From: Glycera tridactyla
Taxonomy: Eukaryota
NCBI GenBank assembly: GCA_965644265.1
Contig: OZ286460.1
Location: forward strand, 5,394,001 to 5,458,000
DNA length: 64,000 bases
Reading direction: 5' to 3'
Position numbers and translations under genes: made by a program. Shown here in pieces: positions 49,088 through 62,713 of this stretch. Each line of letters opens with the position of its first letter. Within the stretch, counting starts at the first letter, position 1. The notes under the pieces were generated by a model that did no database searches, was not told the DNA's origin, and was given only the letters and a program-made list of their open reading frames with translations.

Positions 49088-52000
49088 CTGCAAACACACA
49101 CAACACAAGACACATATCAGTCATACAGTGGTGAAAATATCAGCTAAAATCCTCAGTTTTAATTTCCTGCAAAAGTTTGAAAATGGAAATGTGTTTCATA
49201 GGGAAAATTTATTGTTGTATAAACAGTGAAATCTGGTACGAGAGACACCCTGGTGAGAAACCACCTCCAAATGGAGACCACTTCTGCTTGGAAGCTTTTC
49301 TATTTGACCTAGTCAAATACACCTTACAATAGATGGTCACTTTGTTTGAAAGAGCACAGTTTGATGACATTTTGGGTGTTCTTTTGACGCATCATGCAAG
49401 TTTCATTATATCAATGATAAATGACTGAGAAGTGACTGTGGTGACTACGACCGTGATGACTACAGACAACCTCAGCTTGTTCTCTGCATGGACAACAGTC
49501 ACCACAGAAAGATACCAACTCTGGACATGCAACTGACAGTTATCACGCAAAACATTACTCTTGATTATAAATTATGACGCAGAACATCACTCGAGTGAAT
49601 CTTCAAAGCACGGGCACATCCTTGAATCACGAACAACCTAAAACTCCAGGTGAAGTGTGACTTGGCTTCTCTCCGACACCGGTCTTTGAAGTACTTTTTT
49701 ACTGTCCATAGGTAACCCTGTCAAATCCGAGCAAATACGAGAGCTGGCAATTACACAGGAATTATTCAGAATCCTGAAATGTTAGGTGAAACTGGGTCAA
49801 CTTATATGCTGGTGTATACGATTGTTGATTGCAGGAAACATGCTAACATCTATAAAGCTTTTTTTCAGGATACCACCGCCGAGAGATGTAGCTACCTTAT
49901 TCTGGGTGCTTCTATTCATCAAACATAGGAAGCTCCTAGAAGAATGTCCCTTTCCTGGAGGGCACAGAAAGAACAATGATGCAAATTATTCATATGAGGT
50001 GGCGAAATATGGGATGGCATTTAACCACTCAGCCACAAGCACAATTCTGAATCGGGTTTAATCATACCAGTTTGCAATTCATCTCAGACAGCAAATAAAA
50101 TTTGTAAGCCATTTGAATGTGTTTACTGCTGAGAAACTTATCCGAGTTCTCCCATGATGCCATGTTCTGCAACTTCCATTCTATAATAACAGCAATTTCT
50201 GCTGTTCCTCACTATTTTCCTTTGAGGCCGATTTTTCCAAGCCTGTCATACATTCAAACTTGCTTGTGATATCACCCTCATACAATGACCACCTGCTCAA
50301 AAAGACCAACCCGGGTTGTGACCGCGTGAATATTTCCTCTGGTAGATGACCTCTGTACAGGGGACACTAATGTACAAAACCCACTCCTCTCAAAACGCTA
50401 CTTTTCGATACAATTGAGGGTGGTCTTTGTGAACAAGTTTGACTGCATCATATTCTACCCACTCCCTGCTTCAAGCTTAGACTCTCATTACAAATGCTGG
50501 AACATTTTTTCTGGAGCTTGTTCAGAAGCACAATTAAATCTTCTCATCTGTGCTATCTACATTTCAATCAGACATCAGACGAGGGCAGGTCCAATGATTG
50601 GACCCGTTATCCAGGTCACTGAGACATGAGGTGGCTGACCCTTGATTGGTTGATTAGGACAACATTTTTTCTTGAGCTTGTTCAGAAGTGCAATACAATC
50701 TTCTCATTTACAGTATTTAAAATTTATTCAGGCATGGGGATGTTAGATGATTTAACCACACATCTGTATACAGGTTAGTTTTTTCAAGACTAAATGAAGT
50801 CCATCATGTCTGGTCAGACACGGGTTTGGTTTAGGTCTAACTGCATGTATCAACCCAGAAGATGATGAAGTGCGCGTGTGCTCCTGGTCAATTTAAGCTA
50901 GATGTTCTGTCCCCCATCATCATCACTCTCACAAACCCTGAGCAAGTATCTTCACTGATGGATTTCATTTCACTTTAGTGACCAAGCTTTGAACAAAGGT
51001 GGTTCACCCTATAGATGTCCAGCTGGCATGGCAACAAGATGGAGTCTCAATATTCATGCCACCAAAAATATGGAATGATGATAGGAAATTGCATCTCTAA
51101 GGTGCAATGAAACATGAAACAAGAAAAACATGAAGAGTCACACATTAGACATGCATGAATGGGACAACCCTAGATAGTTCCAATATATGAGAGAGCGTCA
51201 AGAAGAGAGAAGAGACCAGGTTTCACTGCATCAGTTTGACTTATGATTGAAAAATTTCCATTATCATGGTCACATGTAATCTATGACCACTCCCTTCCGC
51301 ATTCAAGAGTCAATGCTGGTGACAAATTTCACCATACGGTCAAATATGCTCAAGACACCTCTATACAGAGACCACCTGCCTAAAAAGGCAACCCTAAGAA
51401 GTGACGATGGAAGCATTTTCTACAACATCTCTACAAAGGCCACCTGTCAACAAAAGTACCTTTTTGATGTGAACAGGTTAGTCTTCATAGTCAGGTTCAA
51501 ATGTATATAAAACACCATGAGGAGAAAGTTTATTTCTGTTTCTTGGTCCTTATGGAGCCTGTCACAGATGCATCTCAGGACAAAGTTTATGTAATCATGC
51601 ATTGTGTAACATAACAAACTATGATGTGATATTTCAAGATGAACATTTTTGTTGAAATCTTTGTTGTCACAAGTCTGAGGATGAATGTGGTGACGTCAAA
51701 CACAATCTGTCCAGATCTATTTATACTCAACATGTACAAATAGCCTATATTTCATTTCCCGGACCCCCATGTATTTTGATCATTTCCACTCTGGCCTTCT
51801 CGTGGGCATTTTGCAGGGCTTGCTGTGTCTGGCTCCTTGCAAGGCACAGTTAGTTTGGTTGTTTGAGGTTTCATGGCATACCGTATAATCAACCCAAAGG
51901 ATTGTGTAAGCCATGTTTCTGGTTAATGAACGCTAGATCTCCTTTCTCCTGCAGGCACCACTCTCACAAACCCTGAACACAAGATGATGAGGAGCCTGAA

Positions 52001-52169
52001 AATTGTGTAAGTGTAAGTAGCTGACAGTTCAGACACACCTCCACCTATCTTACATGATTATATAGAACCTTATGATGGCACATCTAACTATGTAACTGGC
52101 TTGAAGCTGACACTCAGGCCTGATAGCAATGCTTACTTTTTAGGCAAAGCACTGTAATTGAAACAGGGC

Positions 52170-52388
52170 CAGGGCTGTACAATTTTTTTCTTCAGCTGTC
52201 CTTCAGGCAGGTGAAGTAGAATTTTTACCTGCCCTCCCTATCATTTCCACCTGCCCTCCTGCATATAATCATAGCCCAAATAAGGGTTGGGTACCTGTCC
52301 GTCGGGCAGGCAGATTGATAAAATCACCTGCCCTAACAGCAAATCTTCCTGCCTGTGCCAGTAGGGCAACCATTAGCATAGAGCCCTG
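52170..52388. mobile_element. hAT-like MITE (CAGGGCT...AGCCCTG); related copy at 44014-44243 and a fragment near 8880-9020
   Basis: Short TIRs and internal ACCTGCCC/GGGCAGGT inverted motifs. It is inserted in a SINE-like copy, and the 8 bp TSD is only partly conserved. Confidence 0.55.
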
Positions 52389-53323
52389 CTCAGGGGAAGG
52401 AATTAGGTTGGGAACAATCAACCAATGTCTTCAATTACAAACTGTCAACCTCAATGCTATGCACTGAAACCTGGCAGGTTGCATGAATGAATTCCATGAT
52501 ACATACACCTGCAAGCATTGGGCAACCGAAGATAGGCCCGTGACAGTAAACTAAGGCCGAGTACTTGACAATGTCACTGTTGTTTGAAGGCCTTTTTTCT
52601 GGTCAACTCACTTACATAGATATGTATACATTATGTTCTCAATAAATATACGTCAGACCACATCTATGTGTCAATTCATCACTCTTTCCCAGGCATATTT
52701 TATATGGCTTTTTCTGATTTTTATGTTCATAATGTAGGCCAACGTGACCAGTGTTAGTGGGACAGTTTGATTTATACAACCATCATTTTAGCCACAAAAA
52801 TAAGAAATGATATCAGATGCCCGTCACACATACAAGTTAGGGTTCTCCATAATCAATAGGAATCTCACCATTACTCGATCAATNNNNNNNNNNNNNNNNN
52901 NNNNNNNNNNNNNNNNNNNNNNNNNNNNNNNNNNNNNNNNNNNNNNNNNNNNNNNNNNNNNNNNNNNNNNNNNNNNNNNNNNNNNNNNNNNNNNNNNNNN
53001 NNNNNNNNNNNNNNNNNNNNNNNNNNNNNNNNNNNNNNNNNNNNNNNNNNNNNNNNNNNNNNNNNNNNNNNNNNNNNNNNNNNNNNNNNNNNNNNNNNNN
53101 NNNNNNNNNNNNNNNNNNNNNNNNNNNNNNNNNNNNNNNNNNNNNNNNNNNACATAAAAGTCCCAACATTTACTTATGACATGGCACTTATTCCATGTCA
53201 ATCAACTTGAGTATCACATGTTTCAGAATCAAGTAGTCTAATCTATTTAATGAGACATCTGGGTGAAAGCACCTGTTTGGGGAGCACTTCTACTGAGCAA
53301 TATTTCATAACCCCCCCCCCCCC

Positions 53324-53374
<51 letters not shown>

Positions 53375-53378
<4 letters not shown>

Positions 53379-53826
53379 GTTCGGACTCGGAGCCGAAAAC
53401 CGGGATCGATTAATCGGCATGATGAGCGAGCGATGATTGATCTCAGATCGGTCTTTTCTTGGAGTGGGAAACCCCAGATATTGTCATGCTGTCCTCACAC
53501 AGGTGTATGCCAGAGGGTCGTGTAAGTATGAATATATGATTAATACAGTTCTGAACAGTAATGTTGAAGCAATGGTGGATATCCCAGATGATCATTATCA
53601 ATCAAAACTTGCAATTGATAGGTCAGAATGAGTGTTCATACCGACGACAATCTGCATTCAGCGAACATTCTTCGTATTTCCATAATTCCTCCAGTACTGG
53701 GGAAAATAGTGCTAATCTCCTCATTTCAGCGATTGTTAATCGATGCCGAAAATGGACGCCGATTAATCGGATCGGCACCCAGAATCGTCGATTAAATCGA
53801 TCTTTGCATCGATCGGCGGAACACTA
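53375..53826. mobile_element. hAT-like MITE inserted in a (CA)n microsatellite
   Basis: TAGTGTTC ... GAACACTA TIRs, CpG-rich subterminal CGATTAATCG motifs, and ACACACAC on both flanks, consistent with an 8 bp TSD. Confidence 0.7.
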
Positions 53827-54240
53827 ACACACACACACACACATTCTCAAAAATATTTTGTGTTTACAAGATCAGCAATAGCTAATCTCTGTGATATATG
53901 CTCAATGGCACACGAAGTTGTGAATGGAAACATACGTCCATGTATGAGGTGTCCCAGGGCACATGCACCTTGGCACAGTGATAATATGACGAGGTAGGGG
54001 GCACTAAAACATGTAAAATTACACAGGAAATCTGTATCGTAATGCCCAAGGGGCTCATCATATTTTCCCCAGTCGGAGTTGTTTTCCAGACATGATTGAC
54101 AGTGGAGTGAAATCACATTGAGGTGAACGATGCACAAGAATGAGCAAATGATGTCAGTAGTAGGAGCATAAATGTGGAATGAAATGTGCTACTTAGCTCA
54201 ATTTGTGTCAGGACGTTAACAGATCAAGTCTGGGGATTAT

Positions 54241-54397
54241 AGTAAGACGACATGGGTGTGTGAGATCCGCGTAATTCCCAACGAGGTTGGCTGAGAGGCC
54301 GAAGGCACACGAGGCCGGAGGCCGAGTGTGCCCCCGGTCGCTCAGACAACCGAGTTGGGAATAATAAGCGGATCTCACACGCCCATGTCGTCTTACT
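54241..54397. mobile_element. 157 bp fold-back (palindromic) element
   Basis: The arms AGTAAGACGACATGGGTGTGTGAGATCCGC and GCGGATCTCACACGCCCATGTCGTCTTACT are complementary at 29 of 30 positions. Further inner pairing surrounds a CGAGGCCGGAGGCCGAG core. Confidence 0.75.
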
Positions 54398-57155
54398 TTT
54401 CTCACATGACTATATCTGATGTATTTCGATGTGTGTGTGTGTGTGTGTGTGAGTGAGTGTGTGTGTGAGAGTGTGTGTGTGTGTGTATCTGTGTGTGTCT
54501 GTGATGTGTGCATGCTTGTGTCAGAGACATCCCAACTCTCTTCACTGTGCTAAAACAGATATTTCAGAACGAGCACAAAATGGCCATAAATGATGTGCCT
54601 ACCTCAGCAAACTTTTGAAAATAACATAATTCAGGCACATAAAGATGATGAATGGAAACTGCACAAAAAAAAATCCTGGAAATCTATGACCAGATTTACT
54701 GAATCTAACGATAGACTGATTCTAAGGTTAATCTTGCAGCCAGGTTTAGAAATGCTTTTTCCCACCAAGACCAATTTATTACTTCTCCTACAAGATGGGC
54801 ATTCAAATCTTGATTTTTGTCAGCAAAAAGGTGTGTTTCAAAACAGATGACTTTTCTCTGGATGTGCATTTCACTGTCAGATAAAACAATTGTTTGGAAT
54901 AGATGGTCTTTAGTCTGAGATGGTCTCTCATCAGGGCCTCTTTCACAGGTTTGACTGTACTGGTGATGGTAGGATGGTGTTACAAGAGGGTTTGGTGATG
55001 TTTGTTTGTTTGTTTGAGGTTTAAGGTATGTATCAAGTCTGGGGTTTAAGTATGCCATGTGTTCCTGGTCACTGAAAATTGGATGTTCTCTCCCCTGCAG
55101 AAATTTCTCTCACAAACCCTGAACACAAGATGATGGGAACCTGAAAGGTTGTCAAGTGGAAGTAGCTGACAGTTCAGACACATCTCTACCTACTCAATAT
55201 GAGCAAAGTGCAGCATTTGAGGCAAGGAAAAAACATCTGATTCAGAGGAAACTTGACCAATATGTTCAATTACAAGGGTTTGATGAAAGGATGGATCCGT
55301 GGATGGGAGGCATCAAATGGAGGTGGTTTGACGGTGGTTAACTTTCCTACCATTGAGTGATGTCGAGAGATCGTACTTCTCACCCACTTAAAGCATGTCA
55401 CACGACCATAAAAAACACCGCAGTCGGTCTCCTGCCACTTGTGAACTACAACTGCATGACGTAGATATGACGTCAAATATTACCAACATGTGGCAGTGCG
55501 GTCTCTATCGCTTTTGTGATAGCGTTTTTTATCTATGGCCATGTCAGAACACTTACCCCTATACAACACAGGCTCCATTGTCACCAGAAACTTTTCATGA
55601 TAGTATCTGACATTGAGTAAAAATGAGCCAAAAACACACACACCAGGAATGACTTTTTCTGTTGTACACGTTCGACTTGTATGAGGGTAGCTTGCCAACA
55701 TGAACAGCAGGGGTAGGAAAAAATAAAAGTAAACATGACAATTTTCAATAGATTTTTCCCGCCCCTGGAATAAGTAGTATTTCGTGACATTCCGCCAGAA
55801 TCAGGCAGCTTTGGATATAACGTGATAATAAATGACTACAAAGATTTATACATATTATGCACGTATTGGAATCTCCCTGTAACCACTTGGAAATTGCTAT
55901 CAATGGATAAACAATATTGCTGCCCCAAATAATCTTGGAGTGATGCGAAATCACAAAATTTAAGTTGGTGATGTGTCCGGAATGCACTCAATGCGATATT
56001 CCTTCCAGGAAAAAAAAAAAAAAAGAGCTGTGATCGACTGACCGCAATGTGCAGCACACGTCAGATGTAGCAAACAACTCCCATGTGAATTTATCTCCAT
56101 ATTCTGTATAAAACCTCAGTTACATGATTATATTAACCCTTGAATGTCAACCTTTGTCAACTTCTGATGGGTGACAGCTTTGACAGATCAAAATCCTAAA
56201 TATTAGGTAGGCCTATGGTGAATTTTGTGGCGTGAGACTGCCCTAAATATTGCCAAAAAGTGGTCCCCAAGAAGAAGTGGTCTCTATTCAAAGGTATATT
56301 TGAGGTTCATCAAATGGAAGATCTGCCTCGAGAAAGTGGTCTCCAGTCACCAGTATAATCTCCTGGAGGGGGGGGGGGGGGGGGGGGATCATCGCAGATT
56401 CAACCTTACATTCAACAATATGATCGAAAAGACGAATTTCTTGCAGTGCTCAAGGGCAATCCTGCATCAGAGTCTTCCTTGAATTGATATCCACACAGGA
56501 AATGATATTCTGCAATTATTTCTCATTTGAATAATAAACGTCACCTTAAATGTCACCAAATGGGGTTTGAAATATGCGGTCTCGCATCAGACATATATCA
56601 AACCATGTCAAACATGGACACAATCCTCAGGAAGTGGTCTTTCATCAGAGGTGGTCTCTCATGGAGGGTTGTCTCGGGATTTATTGTACATCAACTAATT
56701 CAAGCTATATGAAGATGAGAGTAAAGTCAATTCATTACTCTTGTACCCAACACCCCGGGTAGTATGCTAAAAAGATGAAGTATACATACATATTGTTATA
56801 GATTATCTAAGCATGAGAGGTTTAACAAAGTAGTATTTATATCTGCGTTGACTCCTCATTAAATATAACATGTAGCTTCCCTGGATGGAACGGTGGGAGG
56901 GAAGGCGGAGGGTGGGGGGAGGGAGAGGGAGGGTGCAAGCGACATTGACGTCAATACAACGCTGAAAAACACATACACCAACATCCTCCTCACATACCCA
57001 AATCACCCGCAAACATCATGCTTTCATATTTTTCCGTTTGTAATGATTATATAGAATTGACTGAATGCTGCACCAGTGGATACAGAAGATAACAAAATTT
57101 AAAAAATAATGAATGAACAGTGTGAAGTAGGTTGGCAATCAAGACATTCTCAGTA

Positions 57156-57331
57156 CAGTGAAACCTGTGATGAGAGACCACCCTAAATGTCATCAGGAGA
57201 GGGGAGGGGGTCTCTCTCGTCTGGAGTATATTTGACCATGTCAAGAAAGACATCTGCCTTGCAGGATCTAGGAGTGGTCTCCTCTTGGAGGTGGTCTCTC
57301 ATCAGGAGGTCTCTAGTGGCTGGTTTCACTG
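57156..57331. mobile_element. CAGT...ACTG MITE
   Basis: TA|CAGTGAAACC ... GGTTTCACTG|TA. Confidence 0.8.
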
Positions 57332-58410
57332 TAGTAAAGCTGGGCATGTTTCAAAAGCTACCTATATACAATGACCACCTGCCTAACAGAGACCACTCAA
57401 GAGACATCTGCCCTGCAGCAGCGGTCTCCTACAGGAGGTGAAGATCCATGAACTTCAGACGCTCAAGGCATCATTTCCATGTATGGTGGTACAGGGTCGG
57501 AATCCATATTTAAACGCACATTACTGGATGAGGGCAGACACACAAATAATGTGAAACAGAACACATAAAATGTCAGCTCGAATGTAGAATGAGCAGGAAT
57601 AGTATGAGCCAGAACTCAGGATGGAAGTAGCACCTCACAATCAACCATATAGGGATATAAATAGCTATTTGAAAATCTAGCACAGTACAAACAGAGATAA
57701 AGGTGTCCGACTCCAGTACCAGAGAGCGGATTCATGTCAAAACATCACACGCCATGAATCAGTCGATTGATGTGTAATAATTCCACCCTCCATCTAAAAC
57801 ATAATGCACTCCTCAGATATATGATTAAACCTACTTGAGAGACCACCTCTGTACAATGACCATCTGCCTACAAAGGTAAATAACCCACAGATGCCACCTT
57901 TCTACTGTCTCTTGGAAGAGGTGGCCTCTTGGCAGATTTATATTTGGCTGATGATAGACCGGGAAACCATCAAACCTGCTTGAGAGACCATACCTATATG
58001 AAGGGATGTGATTGGCTGAATTGTGATAAATAAACCTGGAAATCTGTGGATCCGTGGAACACATCCCGGTCTATGATACAAAGCAGGGTGAGAAGAGATA
58101 TCTGCTCACCTGCCCGTGACAGGTAGAATTTTATGGTGGGTATGTGGACATTCATCACGCCATCAGCTAACGTGAGATGGTTTCCAAAATGTCTCTACAG
58201 TTCTCCTTGTACACTATTCCAATTTTACATGGAAGACAGTCGCCAATCTGCTGCAGACCAACATGGAGAAGGTAGTCTTACATCCCACTTCAGACCCCTT
58301 AGTGTAAAGGCAGCATAATATACATGTAATTTATTGCTGTCACACATAAATTGCTTCTGAAAAAAAATCCTCAGATATGCAGCGGACACAGGAAATGCCG
58401 ATCACATATA

Positions 58411-58712
58411 CAGTGAAACCTGTGATGAGAGACCCCCTCAAAAAAGATACCTCTCAGCAAGAGACCACCTTCTAGATAGGAGACCCCTCAACAAGAGACC
58501 GAGAGACCCTCTCAACAAGAGACCACCTTCTAGATAGGAGACCCCTCAACAAGGGACTGGGAGACCCCCTCAACAAGAGACCACCTTCAATAGGAGACCG
58601 CTCCAACAAAGAAGCTTCCCTATTTGACCTGGTCATATACACCTCTGATGAGCAACCACCTCTTTAGAGAAACCCCTGTTTTGTGACACTTAGGTCGGTC
58701 CTTCATCACATG
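58411..58712. mobile_element. CAGT MITE with expanded internal CAAGAGACC repeats
   Basis: TA|CAGTGAAACCTGTGATGAGAGACC followed by three copies of CAAGAGACCACCTTC(TAG)ATAGGAGACC. The right end is degenerate. Confidence 0.65.
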
Positions 58713-60717
58713 TATTGCCATTAACATACATATGGTAATCAATTGCATGAAAAAAAATGCTTGCAAATTCCCATGATATGGAAATTCACGATTTACCTCT
58801 GACAATAGTGCCGATTCAGAAGAGAGACAAAGTGCTGCAGTGATAACAATCTTGGCATTCGTTGTTCTCTAATGAATGAACGATCCTCCGGGGAACAATT
58901 GTAATTTCAACTTGGCAGATTCTAATATTTATACTGCCACTTTCAGTAATATTAAATGGCAGCTAGTTACCTGATTCCCTGCACCATCATCTCCTCAGCT
59001 TGATAAGAACTCAGCAATTATGAAACACAGTTGAACCTGTCTGCAAAGACCACCCTCAGTTGCATAAAAAGTTGCCTTTGTAGAGGTGGTACTTGTGGAG
59101 AGGTCATTTACTTGCTATGTAAGCATTCCCAGGATATATTGTGCCTATTTGGGTTTGACACATGAATGACGTTATCTGTTTGTATGTGAAATGTAGAGAT
59201 ACCCAGAAGCATTTCCGTGATCATGTGACCCCCCCCCCCCCACACACACAACCAGGTCATGTGATGCCTTAGCAAATCTCTGTAGATTTTTCCTGACAGG
59301 AGCATGTTTTCCTGGTCACGTGACAAATGGGTGTTTCAAAGAAGCACCTGAATAGCCAATTGACAACAAACAAATCAAGGATAAGAATTAGCGTCTGTTT
59401 CAAGTCTCCGAATTATAGCCATGCTCCCTAATCTCGGGGAGAGAATATTTGGTTTCGGGAGAGTGAAGAGACCAAACTCATTCTTTTTCGATGGGAGAGT
59501 GTGAATTTGTTGGTTGATCATGAAGTAATGTATTTGTTGTGGAGACAGAACTCCACAATTTTGGCTCATCAACAAAAACCCTATTGCCTATGAAATGACT
59601 GCATAAACCTGCATCATTTTTCATTTTGAACAATGTATTGGTGGTACTTATGTAGTCACTCATAAGATACATAAGATGTAATTCACATCAATGTTTTGCT
59701 TTCAAGATTTCCTAGTTCAAGCTGTCTTCCTTTCACTAATTTCGGGAGTGATTATTAAAGTCTCCTCTTGCGATGGGAGAAGGTTTTTTTTGCAAAGACT
59801 GCTGTTTGGTTCGTTACTGCAGTGAAGCCGTCGATAGACCTCGTGAAGAAAGATCACCTCAGATGAGACATGGCACGAGCAGGGCGGCTTTCTTAATTGT
59901 TTGTTTGTTTGTTTGTTTGACTGTTTTGACTGATCTCAATCCAGTACCACTGTCAGAGCCTGAAGGTTCTGATCTCCCCAGTGCTGCTGTTAGCTATTTA
60001 TGGGTGATTGGTCTAATCTGGAGAGGCACAACCCTCTGCCTGTGATTGAATTTGAACCTCCTCTCTTGTGCTTGCATGTGTGTGTATGCTCAGGAGGTGT
60101 ATCAGTGTAGGTGGTTTTTGACGTCACTTATTATAGCACCACTGCTAACCTAGGACCATTGTTTTCAGATCCCAGACAGGCGCTCACACCATCACCCAGC
60201 CCTGGTGGTGTGTAGCTCATGCCTCTTTCCGTGTTTAGAGCTCAACACTGGGGGGCCCAGACCAATTGCATAGTCTGTGACTATTGGTCTAGTGCATGGT
60301 TCACCCATGCCATTAATGCATCCTCACAGCCCGCCGTGGTCACCCATCCCACGACAAGCTGCAGCCACAGCTGTTCTACATTTGGGTCAAGTGTGAAGAC
60401 GCTACCACTACACCACACAGCTCCCAAGACAAGAGACCAACTCTTTTAGGATACCATATTTTGGCGACATACAGGACAGTCTCACCTCACATGTTCAGTC
60501 CAACCTGTCCATCAAGACCCCCTTTGATCACATAAAAAGTGGCCTTTATAGGCAGGTGGTCTTCATATAGGTCATTTACTGTTGAAAATGCTATCATGGT
60601 CACAGCTCAGGACTGTACAGTGAAACCTGTGATGAGAGAATGTCCTAAGTGTCACCAAAAAGCGGTCTCTCAACAAAAGTGGTCTCTTGTCAGAGGTATA
60701 TTTGACTAGGTCAAATA

Positions 60718-62713
60718 AAACATAGCCTTCACTGAAGGCGGACCTCGTCTCAACGAAGCCAACTCAAACGCCTCGAATATATGTGACACATAGATGACCC
60801 AACTCATGCTGTGGAAATCAATTTTCAAACAAAGGTTGGATCTATAAGCTGATGCTCATCAGAAGTCACGACTGGTTCACATTCACATTTTGTCCCTAAA
60901 ATCAAGCAAGGCTGTAATCGGTCCCCATTCATTGCAGGCATTTGTGAAGGAATGCTATGAAAGGCATCTGTGTTCAGGAAAAATCCATTTCTAAAAATCC
61001 ACTTTTGTCCCAAAAGTGGATCAGCATTGGAACCCTGATCCCTGGCTGGCATTCATTAGGGAATGATATAAATTGCATCTGTACCAAGTTTGGAGTGGCT
61101 ATGGACAGCCAACATCTTTAATAATGTCCATTTCTGAAAAAACAATTTTCAAGTTTGCTGAGGCTACAGACAGCCAACATCTTTGTGAAAATCCATTTCT
61201 GAAAAACCAATTTCAATCCCAAAACCAACCAAGCCTGTTAGGAGACCCCATCTATGGCTAGCATTCATTAGGGAATGCTATCAAGTACATCTGTACCAAG
61301 TATGGTGTGGCTATGAGCAGCCACCTTCTTTAGAAAAATCCATTTATGAAAAAACAATTTTCACCCCAAAACCGACCAGGCCTGTTAGGAGACCCCATCT
61401 ATGGCTAGCATTCATTAGGAAATGCTATGAACTACATCCATGCCAAGTTTGCTCAGGCTATGAGCAGCCACCTTCTTTAGAAAAATCCATTTCTGAAAAA
61501 ACAATTTTCACCCCAAAACCGACCAGGCCTGTTAGGAGACCCCATCTATGGCTAGCATTCATTAGGGAATGCTATGAACTACATCCATGCCAAGTTTGGA
61601 CTGTCTATGGACAGCCACCTTCTTTAGAAAAATCCATTTCTGAAAAAACAAAAATATCACCCCAAAACCGACCAGGCCCTGTTGGGAGACCCCATCTATG
61701 GCTAGCATTCATCAAGGAATGCTATGAACTGTATCCATGCCAAGTTTGGACTGTCTATGGACAGCCACCTTCTTTAGAAAAATGCATTTCTGAAAAAACA
61801 ATTTTCACCCCGAAACCAACCAGCCCTGTTGGAAGACCCCATCTATGGCTAGCATTCATTAGGGAATGCTATGTACTGCATCTATGCCAAGTTTGGTGTG
61901 GCCAAGGAATGCCAACATCTTTAGACAAATCCATTTCTGAAAAAACAATTTTCACCCAAAACCAACCAGGCCTGTTGGGAGACCCCATCCATGACTTGCA
62001 TTCATTAAGGAATGCTATGAGATCCCTCTGTATCAAGTTTGGGGTGGCTGGGTAAAGAAAAACTCACCAGAATTGACTAAGTTCATTCATTTCAAAAAAG
62101 TGATTTTTTTTTGCCCCAAAATCTCACATATATCAGTCTTTCATGGGCAATATAAAATCACAGGGGATGAAGACACATGTTGAGAATCAACTGCAAAATG
62201 AACATGAATAAATCAGATCATCAGAAATAGTCCCATCCTTTCAAAAAAAAACAATTTTCATCTCAGAATTGTTCAAGCAGAACACTGGGATGCTACCTTG
62301 GTGATGGCCGGACTCATTAGTAGATGTACTGAAGTATATGCATGCCAAATTCCATGGAGCTGGGCACTCTGGTTGCTGAGCAATGTGACTTTAACATGAC
62401 TTCAACATTGCCCCCCATGACAGAGTCCCATCATTTCAGAAAACACAAGTTTCAACCCAAAATTAATCAAGCAGAACATTGAGATGGCACCTTGATGATA
62501 GCTGGATTCAATAGTAAATGTACTAAAGTATATGTGTGCCCAATTACATGGAACTAGGCCCTCTAGTTGCTGGGTAAAGGGACTTCAACATGACCTTAAC
62601 GCTGACCTTAACGCTGGTGAGGACGCCGACGCCGACACCGACGCCAACGCCAACGCCAACGCCAACGCTGGAGTGACTGCAATACCTCCCCTAAACGAAG
62701 TTGAGACAAGGTA
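60718..62713. mobile_element. Second HINE-type element with internal 147 bp tandem array
   Basis: The start reads AACATAG-CCTTC-ACT-GAAGG-CGG-ACCTCGTCTCAAC. The end has (GACGCC/AACGCC)n at 62622-62668, GAGTGACTGCAATAC, and GTTGAGACAAGGT (the inverse of ACCTCGTCTCAAC). It is inserted in an A-run. Confidence 0.75.
61030..62050. repeat. 147 bp tandem repeat, about 6-7 units
   Basis: The TCTATGGCTAGC anchor recurs at 61251, 61398, 61545, 61695 and 61842, and in variant form at 61988. Two further ~195 bp degenerate units lie at about 62223-62595. Confidence 0.92.

Noticed and set aside
12018-53151. ORFs spanning N runs (gaps at about 12018-12210, 24526-24667, 25208-25432, 26286-26506, 43281-43498, 46945-47193 and 52884-53151)
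   Set aside because: These are artefacts of translating gaps and flanking microsatellites.
54590-54650. Candidate upstream IP3K exon (56 nt between an AG and GTAGGC on the minus strand)
   Set aside because: The splice signals are plausible but the peptide shows no similarity I can recognise. It needs RNA evidence.
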